A stretch of DNA of 12,858 bases. Origin: Thermovirgaceae bacterium. Lineage in GTDB: Bacteria > Synergistota > Synergistia > Synergistales > Thermovirgaceae. The notes below the pieces were generated by a model. That model did no database searches and was not told where the DNA came from. It saw only the letters and a list, made by a program, of their open reading frames with translations. Of this stretch, positions 1-7,807 are shown in pieces. Made by a program: the position numbers and the translations under genes. The DNA is taken from positions 1-12,858 of the forward strand of contig JBKHBH010000057.1 of NCBI GenBank assembly GCA_046542505.1, read 5' to 3'. Positions within the stretch are counted from its first letter, which is position 1. Each line of letters starts with the position of its first letter.

Positions 1-26
1 ATAACGAGCCTGGGCGTCTGTGTCAA
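1..26 (-). promoter_or_regulatory. Putative sigma70-type promoter reading leftward out of the window (-35 TTGACA, 17 bp spacer, -10 beginning TAT, truncated by the edge)
   Basis: The minus strand has consensus TTGACA at 26-21, exactly 17 nt of spacer (20-4), then TAT at 3-1. The rest of the -10 element lies outside the window. Confidence 0.55.
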
Positions 27-105
27 CACCTACAAATAGACTGACTATTCTGTCAAAACCTCCAGGTTGTATTCATATACTTACATTTAAGCAAATAATG
101 TTCAC

Positions 106-133
106 AAAATGGCTTGTAGTACCATACAAGCCA
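106..133 (-). terminator. Perfect 9-bp inverted repeat downstream of recA; probable intrinsic terminator or operator
   Basis: TGGCTTGTA (110-118), 6 nt, TACAAGCCA (125-133). On the minus strand it is followed by TTTT (109-106). Confidence 0.5.
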
Positions 134-144
134 CACCTGACCAG

Positions 145-169
145 AAAAAAGGCAGGTTTTTGTTTGCCT
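145..169 (-). terminator. Weak candidate intrinsic terminator after recA
   Basis: The minus strand reads AGGCA-N10-TGCCT followed by a T run (plus-strand aaaaaa 145-150). The short stem and large loop make it weak. Confidence 0.4.
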
Positions 170-224
170 CCTCACCGCGCTAAATAAATCGTATTATGTA
201 TTCACACGGCTATTCAGGAGTCTT

Positions 225-1361
225 CTATTCTTCTTCGTCAACGTCCAGTTCCAGAATCCCTTCTTCAAGGTTCATTCCCGTTCCTTCAGTACCTGTGGAA
301 GAAAGACCGTTTTCTGCCTCCTCGTTCTCTTTCGGGGCAAGAATCAGATCAAGTCCTTCGGCCACCTTGTTTTTTACCTCCTTTGCCACCTCCTGCATCA
401 AATCAGGATGATCCTTGAGATAAGAGGCGACATTGTCCTTGCCCTGCCCGAGTGTCTCTCCCTTATAGGCGAGCCAGGACCCTTTGCGGACGATCACATC
501 GTAATCGAGAGCCATATCAAGCACGGCCATTTCCTCGGGGACGCCCCTTCCGTAGATAAGCGTCGTGTGCGCCGTCCGGAAAGGAGGAGCCTGCTTGTTC
601 TTGACGACCTTGATCCAAAGTTCATGACCCAGGTTCTCATCGCCCTTGGTAACGCTTTTGCCTCTTTTTACCTCAACCCTCACGGAGCTGTAGAACTTGA
701 GGGCTCTTCCCCCTGTCGTCGTCTCCTGGGGTCCGCCGTATCCCATGGTCGAAATCCTTGCCCTGAGCTGGTTGACAAACATGACGATACACTTGCTCTT
801 TGAAATCGAGGAGGTCAGGCGCCTGAGGGCGTAGGACATCAGCCGGGCCTGCAGCCCCACCTGGCTGTCTCCGATTTTCCCGTCGATTTCGGCCTGAGGG
901 GTCAGTGCCGCCACGGAATCGACGACAATAACGTCTACGGCACTGCTTCTGACAAGGGTTTCTAGAATATAAAGGGCCTGTTCTCCGCTGTCAGGCTGTG
1001 CGAGATAGAGAGAATCGATCTTGACTCCCATGGAATGGGCCAGACGCGGGTCAAGTGCATGTTCCGCATCTATGAAGGCGGCAATGCCTCCCGCTTTCTG
1101 AGCTTCCGCAATGGCATGAAGGGCAAGGGTCGTCTTGCCGCTTCCCTCGGGACCGAAAATCTCCACGATTCTGCCCCTCGGGAATCCTCCGATGCCAAGG
1201 GCAATATCGAGGGGAAGGACACCGCTGGGGATAACGTCAACGACCTCACTGGTTCCCTCACCGAGGCGCATGATCGCCCCGTCGCCGAACTTTCCCTTTA
1301 TGTCCGACATCGCCTGCTCGAGAACATCTTCCCGCGTCATTGAATTCTTCCGCTTCGCCAT
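225..1361 (-). CDS. recA: Recombinase RecA
   Basis: Walker A GPEGSGKTT, AAFIDAEHALDP, Walker B IVVDSVAAL, GLQARLMS, ETTTGGRALKFY, VKNK-APPF and an acidic C-terminal tail. SD GGAGGTG lies inside the thpR 3' end. No intein. Confidence 0.99.
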   Translation of the reverse strand: MAKRKNSMTREDVLEQAMSDIKGKFGDGAIMRLGEGTSEVVDVIPSGVLPLDIALGIGGFPRGRIVEIFGPEGSGKTTLALHAIAEAQKAGGIAAFIDAEHALDPRLAHSMGVKIDSLYLAQPDSGEQALYILETLVRSSAVDVIVVDSVAALTPQAEIDGKIGDSQVGLQARLMSYALRRLTSSISKSKCIVMFVNQLRARISTMGYGGPQETTTGGRALKFYSSVRVEVKRGKSVTKGDENLGHELWIKVVKNKQAPPFRTAHTTLIYGRGVPEEMAVLDMALDYDVIVRKGSWLAYKGETLGQGKDNVASYLKDHPDLMQEVAKEVKNKVAEGLDLILAPKENEEAENGLSSTGTEGTGMNLEEGILELDVDEEE

Positions 1362-1955
1362 TTAATCACCCACCTCCGTGGTATTTAGCAAATATCGGGC
1401 CAACGGCGTATAGACCGGCCCTTCAGGGTACAAATCGCTTTGCATGAGCGTGACATACCGGACGGTCCATCTCCCCTGCCCGGCATTCCCGTCATCGAGC
1501 TCTCTCATCAACTGGACCGGAAGTTCGGAAGGCGTCTTTATCCTCGCGATTGTGACATGGGGATGGAAAGGCCGCTTCTCTCGTTCGAGGCCGACAGCGG
1601 CACCAGCTTTCTCGACGACTTCAAAAAGCCGGAACAGCTGGTCATCATCCTGACCGAGTCCTATCCAGAGGACCCTTGGCTGTCGCCATCCCGGGAAGGC
1701 TCCGACACCCGACAGTTCCAGATCGAAGGGGGGTATCTTCGCCGTCGAGAAGACCTGTTCCATAGCCGCCTGAAGCTTTATGAGCCATTTCGGTTCGATC
1801 TCGCCGCAAAACTTCAGCGTGATGTGCAGTGCCCCGTCATCGACCCAATGGAGTCTTGGAGCAAGCGCCCTCAAACGACTCAGCCAGGCGCCGAGAGTTT
1901 TTCGGACACCCGGTTCCAGTTCAACACAAACGAAGCAGCGTACCCTCTCATCCAT
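1362..1955 (-). CDS. thpR: RNA 2',3'-cyclic phosphodiesterase (2H phosphoesterase, LigT/ThpR)
   Basis: Two HxT motifs (LHITLKF, PHVTIAR), plus R-C-F-V at the N-terminus, GAFP...PRVLWIG and S-L-P-GPVY. The cinA-thpR-recA context is typical. SD AGGAGG is 9 nt upstream. Confidence 0.95.
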   Translation of the reverse strand: MDERVRCFVCVELEPGVRKTLGAWLSRLRALAPRLHWVDDGALHITLKFCGEIEPKWLIKLQAAMEQVFSTAKIPPFDLELSGVGAFPGWRQPRVLWIGLGQDDDQLFRLFEVVEKAGAAVGLEREKRPFHPHVTIARIKTPSELPVQLMRELDDGNAGQGRWTVRYVTLMQSDLYPEGPVYTPLARYLLNTTEVGD

Positions 1956-1958
1956 ATA

Positions 1959-3179
1959 TCAGGCCCTCCTCAGCTCCCTCCAGAGTTTCTCAAGTCCGAA
2001 GGCTACGGCCCATCTCCTCACGCTGGCCCTGTCGCCATGGAATCGCTTTGTCCAGGTGGAAAGGCCATCCAAAGACCTGACAGCAAAACATACCGTTCCG
2101 ACGGGTTTTCCCGGGGTTGCCCCCCCGGGACCTGCGATTCCCGTGACAGAAAGACTGAAAGGCACACCGAAAATACGTGCCGCCCCCTCTGCCATCGCCC
2201 CGGCGCATTTTTCGCTCACAGCTCCGTACTCATCTATAACCCCGCGGGGCACTCCGAGCAGAGACATTTTCGCCTCATTGTCGTAGCATACGGCGCTTCC
2301 GGCAAAAACACACGAAACACCGGGGATCTCTGTAAGCGCTGCTCCGATCAGCCCGCCGGAACAGGATTCAGCCAGGGCCATCTTTGTTTTCACCCTGGAG
2401 GCTTCGATAAATACGGCCTCTGCGAGCGAGGTGGCTCCATCGGGGAGAATATCCTCCGAAACCAGCTCGCGAACCTCACGTATTGCTTCGTCGACCGCTT
2501 CAGGAAGACCAAAGATCGAAAGGGTCACGCAATTGGGAGACGGCAAAATCGAGATGGAAAGGGAATCATTTTCGAGAACGGGTTCGATCCGGGTTTTCAG
2601 CCTGCTCTCGGGCCAGCCGGAGATCCTCAGCACCCTTTGTCTTTTGCCTCCGGAGACAAGACGGGGCAAAAGCTCTTTTTCGGCCAGTGCATGGAACTCC
2701 CAGGGAACCCCCGGAAAAGCGTAAATTTCAGTCCCGTCCTTTTCCGCCCTTATTGCCAGGGCGGATCCCTGTGGATTGTAAAGGGCTTCCGCAGAAGCGG
2801 GGACCATGGCCTGCCTGGTCGCGGATTCCTCAAGCACGCGCCGTATATCTCCATGGTATCGGGACAGAATGCTCCCGTAAATATCGTCTCTTCTGGCCAG
2901 CGGACTGCCTAAAAGACGCGAAAGGGCCTCTCTGGTCCTGTCGTCATGAGTCGGCCCCAGCCCTCCTGAAAGTACGATGACATCGACTTTCCCGACCCAG
3001 GAATCGATAATGTCTATGAGAACGTCCTCGTTATCCGGCGCGATCTGCACCGAGAGAATCTTCCATCCCAGAGACGTCAACTGCGAGGCGAGCCAGGCGC
3101 AGTTTCCCTCCCGGCCGGTTCCGGAGAGCAATTCGTCTCCTACCGCAATGAGAACTGCTTCATGGACCACGTGCAACAC
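1959..3179 (-). CDS. cinA: Competence/damage-inducible protein CinA (N-terminal MoCF-like/ADP-ribose pyrophosphatase domain plus C-terminal NMN deamidase PncC domain)
   Basis: N-terminal LIAVGDELLSG, SGGLGPTHDDRT and FPGVPWE; C-terminal AESCSGG, YDNEAK, GAVSE and SVTGIAGPGG. The start is uncertain: GTG at 3179 or GTG at 3170 (the latter has GGTG 6 nt upstream). Confidence 0.95.
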   Translation of the reverse strand: MLHVVHEAVLIAVGDELLSGTGREGNCAWLASQLTSLGWKILSVQIAPDNEDVLIDIIDSWVGKVDVIVLSGGLGPTHDDRTREALSRLLGSPLARRDDIYGSILSRYHGDIRRVLEESATRQAMVPASAEALYNPQGSALAIRAEKDGTEIYAFPGVPWEFHALAEKELLPRLVSGGKRQRVLRISGWPESRLKTRIEPVLENDSLSISILPSPNCVTLSIFGLPEAVDEAIREVRELVSEDILPDGATSLAEAVFIEASRVKTKMALAESCSGGLIGAALTEIPGVSCVFAGSAVCYDNEAKMSLLGVPRGVIDEYGAVSEKCAGAMAEGAARIFGVPFSLSVTGIAGPGGATPGKPVGTVCFAVRSLDGLSTWTKRFHGDRASVRRWAVAFGLEKLWRELRRA

Positions 3180-3191
3180 CCGCTTTGCTTG

Positions 3192-3662
3192 TCAAAAGAT
3201 TCGTTCGTAAACGGTCGCAAAGCCCCCTGCGAGGAAAAGCCATTCCACCGCGCGGACAATCACATTGGCATACAGACCGGCCACAACATCATCCGCCATG
3301 ATCCCGAGCCCTCCCGGAAGCTTCTCCGCCGTATTCACCGGGAACGGCTTGATAATGTCAAAAACCCTGAACAGGAAAAGAGCCGGGAGGCCGAGCCCGG
3401 GAGGAAGACCTGTTACGGCGATCCATGTCCCGATGACCTCGTCAATGACAACCTCCGAGGGGTCCTCCCGGCTTTGTCCGAGAGCGTACCGCTGGGCGGC
3501 AAAACCTCCCAGGACTCCAAGGGCGAGCACAATCAAAAGAGGAACGGGAACCAGAAGATACACCAAAAAGGCGACCGCCGAAGCGACGGTGCCCGGCATG
3601 TTCGTAAGGAATCCTATTCCGAGGCATGTGCTGCAATGCCTGTAGAAGGTTTCAGGCTTCAT
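3192..3662 (-). CDS. pgpA: Phosphatidylglycerophosphatase A
   Basis: PgpA motifs PGTVAS, DPSEVVIDEVIG, FRVFDIIKPFP and GGLGIMADDVVAG, with hydrophobic segments. I placed the start at ATG 3662 (AAGGAG upstream, 11-nt overlap with rimO) rather than the ORF-track start at 3689. Confidence 0.92.
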   Translation of the reverse strand: MKPETFYRHCSTCLGIGFLTNMPGTVASAVAFLVYLLVPVPLLIVLALGVLGGFAAQRYALGQSREDPSEVVIDEVIGTWIAVTGLPPGLGLPALFLFRVFDIIKPFPVNTAEKLPGGLGIMADDVVAGLYANVIVRAVEWLFLAGGFATVYERIF

Positions 3663-4956
3663 CGTGGACGACTTCTCCTTCAAGGTCATGCTCGTAGCTT
3701 TCCGTTATATCCACTTTTACAAAGGTCCCGGGCTTACACCGGAAACCGTTTCTGATTTCAACAATCCCGTCAACCTCCGGAGCATCCCTGAAAGACCTTC
3801 CCCAGGCCGAACCTTCTGCACCGCCGCCGATTCCTTCCACGAGGACACGCAAGCGGCGTCCCACGAAACGGCGCTGCCTTTTCCAGGATATTTCCTCCTG
3901 AACCTCAAGGATCTCTTCCGCTCTTTTTTGTCTCACTTCTGCAGGAACGGAGGGTGAAAGAAGAACCGCCGGGGTCCCTTCTTCTTCCGAGTAGGGAAAC
4001 ACGCCCACCCTGTCGAGCTCGGTAGCTTCAAGAAAGTCCACCAGTTTCAGGAACTGTTTTTCCGTTTCACCCGGAAAACCCGTAATAATGGTAGTCCTGA
4101 GGGCGAAATCGCTGTCGGCGGAACGGGCCCATTCAAAGGGCTTTCGGATTTCATCTTCCGAAACGTGCCCCCGGTTCATGGCCTTGAGGATCTTGCCGTC
4201 CACGTGCTGGACGGGAATATCCAGGTAGTTCAGGATAAGCGTACTTTTTGCGATGGTTTCCACCAGATCCCTTGTTACCCGAGACGGATGCAGGTAAAGG
4301 AGCCGAATCCAGATGTCCCGTCCCTGAAGAGCCTCCTCAAGACGCTGCAGCAGCTCCGCCAGTGCGGGCCTTTTGTACCTGTCCATGCCCCAGGCGGTCA
4401 GATCCTGACCGACAAGGCAGACCTCCCTGGCCCCCGATTCGACGAGCCTGCGGGCGTCCCTGAGGATGTCTCCTTCGCTGCGGCTTTTCAGCCCTCCCCT
4501 GATAGAGGGGATAGTGCAGTAACTGCACCTGTTGTCACATCCTTCGGCTATTTTTAGATACCGAGACCAGGATGAACAGCCCGGGAGCAGGACGGTTCCC
4601 GCATCTTTGGGAGCCCCCCCGATCGCTTCCACGACTTTTTCGGCTTCGTCGGCTCCCGCCCAGTAGTCAACGGATGGAAGCTCCCGTTTGAGAGCCTCGC
4701 CGTAGCGGTTCACCAGGCACCCGATCACTCCAATTTTCTTCAGGCTTCCCGATTTTTTAAGGTGCTCCAGGTCGAAAACGGCGTCAAGGCTTTCTTCAAC
4801 GGCAGGGACGATGAAACCGCAGGTATTCACCAACCCGATTTCAGCCTGTTTGACATCTTCAACGAGCTCGAATCCCGAAGCTTCGAGCATGCCCGCAAGT
4901 CGTTCGCTGTCAACCTGGTTTTTGGCACACCCAAGGGTAAGAAGGAAAATTTTCAT
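3652..4956 (-). CDS. rimO: Ribosomal protein S12 methylthiotransferase RimO (UPF0004 + radical SAM + TRAM)
   Basis: LGCAKNQVDSE, NTCGFI and GCL (N-terminal Fe-S ligands); KIAEGCDNRCSYC (CxxxCxxC); RimO-typical WIRLLYLHP and APEVDG. It follows rodZ, as is typical. Confidence 0.96.
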   Translation of the reverse strand: MKIFLLTLGCAKNQVDSERLAGMLEASGFELVEDVKQAEIGLVNTCGFIVPAVEESLDAVFDLEHLKKSGSLKKIGVIGCLVNRYGEALKRELPSVDYWAGADEAEKVVEAIGGAPKDAGTVLLPGCSSWSRYLKIAEGCDNRCSYCTIPSIRGGLKSRSEGDILRDARRLVESGAREVCLVGQDLTAWGMDRYKRPALAELLQRLEEALQGRDIWIRLLYLHPSRVTRDLVETIAKSTLILNYLDIPVQHVDGKILKAMNRGHVSEDEIRKPFEWARSADSDFALRTTIITGFPGETEKQFLKLVDFLEATELDRVGVFPYSEEEGTPAVLLSPSVPAEVRQKRAEEILEVQEEISWKRQRRFVGRRLRVLVEGIGGGAEGSAWGRSFRDAPEVDGIVEIRNGFRCKPGTFVKVDITESYEHDLEGEVVHDEA

Positions 4957-4962
4957 GAGAAC

Positions 4963-5907
4963 CTATAACCTGTTTCTTGAACCGTCAGGATGATACTCCA
5001 GGGTCACAACCTCTCCATTGCCGCCGACGCTTCCCAGGTCACTTCCATCCCAGGAGTGCGTGACAGCACCTGCGTTCCCGTAGCGTATTCGCGTGACGGC
5101 GTCGACGGTTATCTCTCTTACGTCTCCATCCTGGAGGGTCCCCTGATACGTTATGTCATCATTTTTCGTCACCCTGATCCAGCAAGGTGCCGAGGCACGT
5201 ATGACCAGATCCCTTTCGGCGGACACTTCCTCTTTTTCAAAAGAAGCTTCATGCTCTTCACTGCCGGGCAGCCATGTCATATCAGAATCGGGGGAAACCG
5301 GCGCGGTTGCCTCGTCCGGGGAAACAGCCACAGTAACATCAGGACTTTCAGTCTCCGTCGGCTCCTCCGAATCTTCGCTCATTTGTTCCCTTTTCTCTGT
5401 TTCTTCGCCGGTTACGGAGGGTTCCGTCGGGTCAGGTTCAGCCTCCTGGAATTCATCATCGGAAAGAGCGACCGACCCAGTTTCAGGAACGTTCTCTCTT
5501 TGAACGGCCAGATCATCCCGCTGCTGCCATATGACAAAAAGGGAGATACCGATGATGGCAAAAAGGATCCCATAAAGCCACCACCTGGAGGTTTTCTGGA
5601 AACCTTTCTGGGGCGGCATATAATTTACGAGCGATTCTGTCTGGACTGTTCCGGCGTCCGTTTTCATGAGGCTTTCGTATTCAGGATAGAGCTCTTCAGC
5701 ACCAATGTGCGTCAGATAGTTTCTTATGAATCCTTTGGAAAAGACAAGACCTGGAAGCCTGTCGATATCCCCGGCTTCTATCGCCTCGAGGAACCTTTTA
5801 TGGATTTTCGTGGCTTCGGAAATCTCCTCCAGGGAAAGACCCTTCGCCTCTCGTCGCTGCCTGGCCTGTTCACAAAGATCCGCAAGGATTTTCTCTCGGT
5901 CTTTCAA
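4963..5907 (-). CDS. rodZ: RodZ-like cell-shape protein (N-terminal HTH, single TM, acidic linker, DUF4115-like C-terminal domain)
   Basis: RQRREAKGLSLEEISEATKIHKRFLEAIEAG...KGFIRNY (HTH), TM WWLYGILFAIIGISLFVIW, an E/P/S/T-rich linker, and C-terminal APCWIRV...RYGNAGAV. The TTG start overlaps the rpe stop (TTGA), with GGAGG upstream. Confidence 0.88.
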   Translation of the reverse strand: MKDREKILADLCEQARQRREAKGLSLEEISEATKIHKRFLEAIEAGDIDRLPGLVFSKGFIRNYLTHIGAEELYPEYESLMKTDAGTVQTESLVNYMPPQKGFQKTSRWWLYGILFAIIGISLFVIWQQRDDLAVQRENVPETGSVALSDDEFQEAEPDPTEPSVTGEETEKREQMSEDSEEPTETESPDVTVAVSPDEATAPVSPDSDMTWLPGSEEHEASFEKEEVSAERDLVIRASAPCWIRVTKNDDITYQGTLQDGDVREITVDAVTRIRYGNAGAVTHSWDGSDLGSVGGNGEVVTLEYHPDGSRNRL

Positions 5908-6587
5908 TCGCGAATCGCCTCCAATGCGCGCTTTTTCAGCGCCCTGACCATCTCTGCAGGCTCTTTCGAACCAAAAACTGCGCTCCCCGCGACAACTACA
6001 TCTGCCCCGGCGCGGACGGCATCTTCTAAGGTGTCAAGGTCAAGGCCCCCGTCCATTTCGATGAGATACGCGAAATTTCGGGCCGCTCTCCACCTTGCGA
6101 GCGATCTGGTTTTTTCCAGGGTTTCAGGAATAAACGCTTGACCCCCGAATCCCGGATTAACGGACATGACGAGGACGAGCTCCACCATATGCAGGACAGG
6201 TTTAAGCCACTCCACGGGAGTCCCGGGATTGAGGGTAACCCCCGGCTTGCAGCCTTCGTTTCTGATCATCTCCAAAGCCTTGTGCAGGTGCGGGGTGGCT
6301 TCCACGTGGATCGTGAGATAATCAGCCCCTGCCGCCGCAAAGGTGCTGATGAATCTCTCCGGGGGCTCGACCATGAGGTGAACGTCCAGCACGGTGCCGT
6401 CACAGGCGTTCCTCAAGGAACGCACCAGTTCGGGCCCATAGGAAAGGTTCGGTACGAAATGGCCGTCCATGATATCCAGATGGAGCCAGTCCGTTTCCCC
6501 TTTCAGCGATTTCACGCCCTCCCCAATCGCCAGTGGAAAAGCAGAAAGCAACGACGGCGCGATGACTGTGTCTTTTAACCGTGTCAT
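5904..6587 (-). CDS. rpe: Ribulose-phosphate 3-epimerase
   Basis: IAPSLLSA, HLDIMDGHFVPNLSYG, DVHLM, LVMSVNPGFGGQ, EMDGG and VAGSAVF. ATGA overlap with the upstream PASTA gene. Confidence 0.98.
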   Translation of the reverse strand: MTRLKDTVIAPSLLSAFPLAIGEGVKSLKGETDWLHLDIMDGHFVPNLSYGPELVRSLRNACDGTVLDVHLMVEPPERFISTFAAAGADYLTIHVEATPHLHKALEMIRNEGCKPGVTLNPGTPVEWLKPVLHMVELVLVMSVNPGFGGQAFIPETLEKTRSLARWRAARNFAYLIEMDGGLDLDTLEDAVRAGADVVVAGSAVFGSKEPAEMVRALKKRALEAIRD

Positions 6588-7795
6588 CGGTATCGGTCCT
6601 GCCAGACGAATTCCCCGCCGAGGTAAATCGTGACAGCAGCTTCTCCCGCATAGGGTGCATCCAGCACGATGTACTCGCCGCTTTTTGCCTGCCTGTCCAG
6701 TAATGTGCGGGTCCCGTTGTCGTCAATGATCTCGACGCGCACAGACATGGAGCGTGCGAGAGGGGGCACCTGGTAACGGATCTTCGCCGTTTTCGTCGCT
6801 TCTTTCGACTCGGACTCCGACTTTTCCTGGCTCTTTTCGGGCTTTTGGGTCTCTTGGGGCTCTTGCGCCTGTTCTTCAGGAACAGGTTCCGTCGTCGACG
6901 GGCTTTGCCCCGCCTGAGGCGTTTTCAGCCATTCATCGAGTGGCGACGGAGCCGGCGCCGGTCTTCCGTTTTCTGGCTCCTGTTCCGGAGTCTGCTCGAC
7001 CTCCGGGGTTTCTGTGCCTGTCTGCTGTTCCTTCTGTTCCTGCTCCTCTGCCTGGTCCGTCGTTTCTTCTGTCTTGTCCGGTTTTTTTGCCGTTGCCACC
7101 AAAAGCGTTACCGGCTCTCCCTCGGACAATGTCTTCCCCGGCCTGGGTTCTGTGTCCATAACCATTCCGGAAGGAGTCATCAGGGTGTATTCGTATTTGA
7201 CACCACCGATCCTGAGCCCGCTCTGGCCGATAATCTGGCGGGCCACGTCCTCGCTCCGGTCAAGAACGTTCGGGACACGAATCTGTCCGTTGACGCGTGG
7301 GACGCCAAGGCTTACGAGAAGATCAATCCTTCTGTTCTCCGGGGCCATGGCCGGGGCGGCAGGGCTCTGCGCAATGATGACACCTGGAGGCCGCGAATCG
7401 TTATGTATGCGCACCACATCTCCGATTTCAAACCCTTTTTCGCCCAGATGCGTCACCGATTGTCCATATTCCATACCTCTCACGTCGGGTACCGGCCGCC
7501 GCTTGCCTCCCTTGCTCACCTTCAGGACAATGACCTTGCCCTTCTTGATGGTTGTCCCAGTTTCGGGCCACTGGGAAACGACCGTCCCCGCCGGAAGGAG
7601 GGATTCGACCTCGTCGATCCTCACGAGCAAGCCCATCTTTTCCGTCACCGACACGGCGTCAACCACGGTCATGCCCTCCATGCCTGGCACCGCCACGTCC
7701 CGAAAACCAAAGAAAATCGAATAAAAGGCAAACACTCCGGAACCGACGATAACCAACAGGGTGATCAGGAGGGTGACGCGGAACATTTTCTTCAT
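6584..7795 (-). CDS. Membrane-anchored PASTA-domain protein (3 PASTA repeats, Q/E/P-rich linker, C-terminal beta-rich domain), no kinase domain
   Basis: Basic N-terminus followed by a hydrophobic segment. Three repeats begin VPGMEGM, VPDVRGM and VPNVLDR and end G-V-SQ-P...I-L-VS-like. No GxGxxG, HRD or DFG kinase motifs. SD AGGAGG. Confidence 0.9.
   Translation of the reverse strand: MKKMFRVTLLITLLVIVGSGVFAFYSIFFGFRDVAVPGMEGMTVVDAVSVTEKMGLLVRIDEVESLLPAGTVVSQWPETGTTIKKGKVIVLKVSKGGKRRPVPDVRGMEYGQSVTHLGEKGFEIGDVVRIHNDSRPPGVIIAQSPAAPAMAPENRRIDLLVSLGVPRVNGQIRVPNVLDRSEDVARQIIGQSGLRIGGVKYEYTLMTPSGMVMDTEPRPGKTLSEGEPVTLLVATAKKPDKTEETTDQAEEQEQKEQQTGTETPEVEQTPEQEPENGRPAPAPSPLDEWLKTPQAGQSPSTTEPVPEEQAQEPQETQKPEKSQEKSESESKEATKTAKIRYQVPPLARSMSVRVEIIDDNGTRTLLDRQAKSGEYIVLDAPYAGEAAVTIYLGGEFVWQDRYR
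6790..7087 (-). repeat. Low-complexity E/Q/P/K-rich linker coding segment within the PASTA protein
   Basis: The translation reads KKPDKTEETTDQAEEQEQKEQQ...PEQEPENGRPAPAPSP...QEPQETQKPEKSQEKSESESKE. Boundaries are approximate. Confidence 0.6.
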
Positions 7796-7807
7796 TATTT
7801 TGTCCTC

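Noticed and set aside
21..64. Direct repeat considered as a CRISPR remnant
   Set aside because: There are only two imperfect 14-bp units with a 30-bp period, far too short for a repeat plus spacer, and no cas genes are present.
225..1361. Possible intein or large insertion in RecA (378 aa)
   Set aside because: The extra length is in the acidic C-terminal tail, the core motifs are contiguous, and there are no intein splice motifs.
1515..1526. GACC-N4-GTTC, resembling a Gram-positive LexA box upstream of recA
   Set aside because: It has a mismatch in the core, lies in thpR coding sequence, has no convincing adjacent promoter, and is expected by chance.
2345..2375. CinA PncC motif AESCSGG instead of AESCTGG as a sign of inactivation
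   Set aside because: Thr to Ser is conservative, and the catalytic Ser and the Lys of YDNEAK are retained.
1440..2912. 490-aa plus-strand ORF
   Set aside because: It is antisense to thpR and cinA, which share a frame, so a codon-bias shadow ORF can run across both. It has no recognisable motifs.
3190..3195. TTGACA overlapping the pgpA stop as a possible cinA-recA promoter
   Set aside because: There is no plausible -10 element at 16-18 nt, and it is too close to the cinA start.
4990..6141. 383-aa plus-strand ORF
   Set aside because: It is an antisense shadow mostly of rodZ and partly of rpe. Its F/L/R-rich composition mirrors E/K codons on the coding strand.
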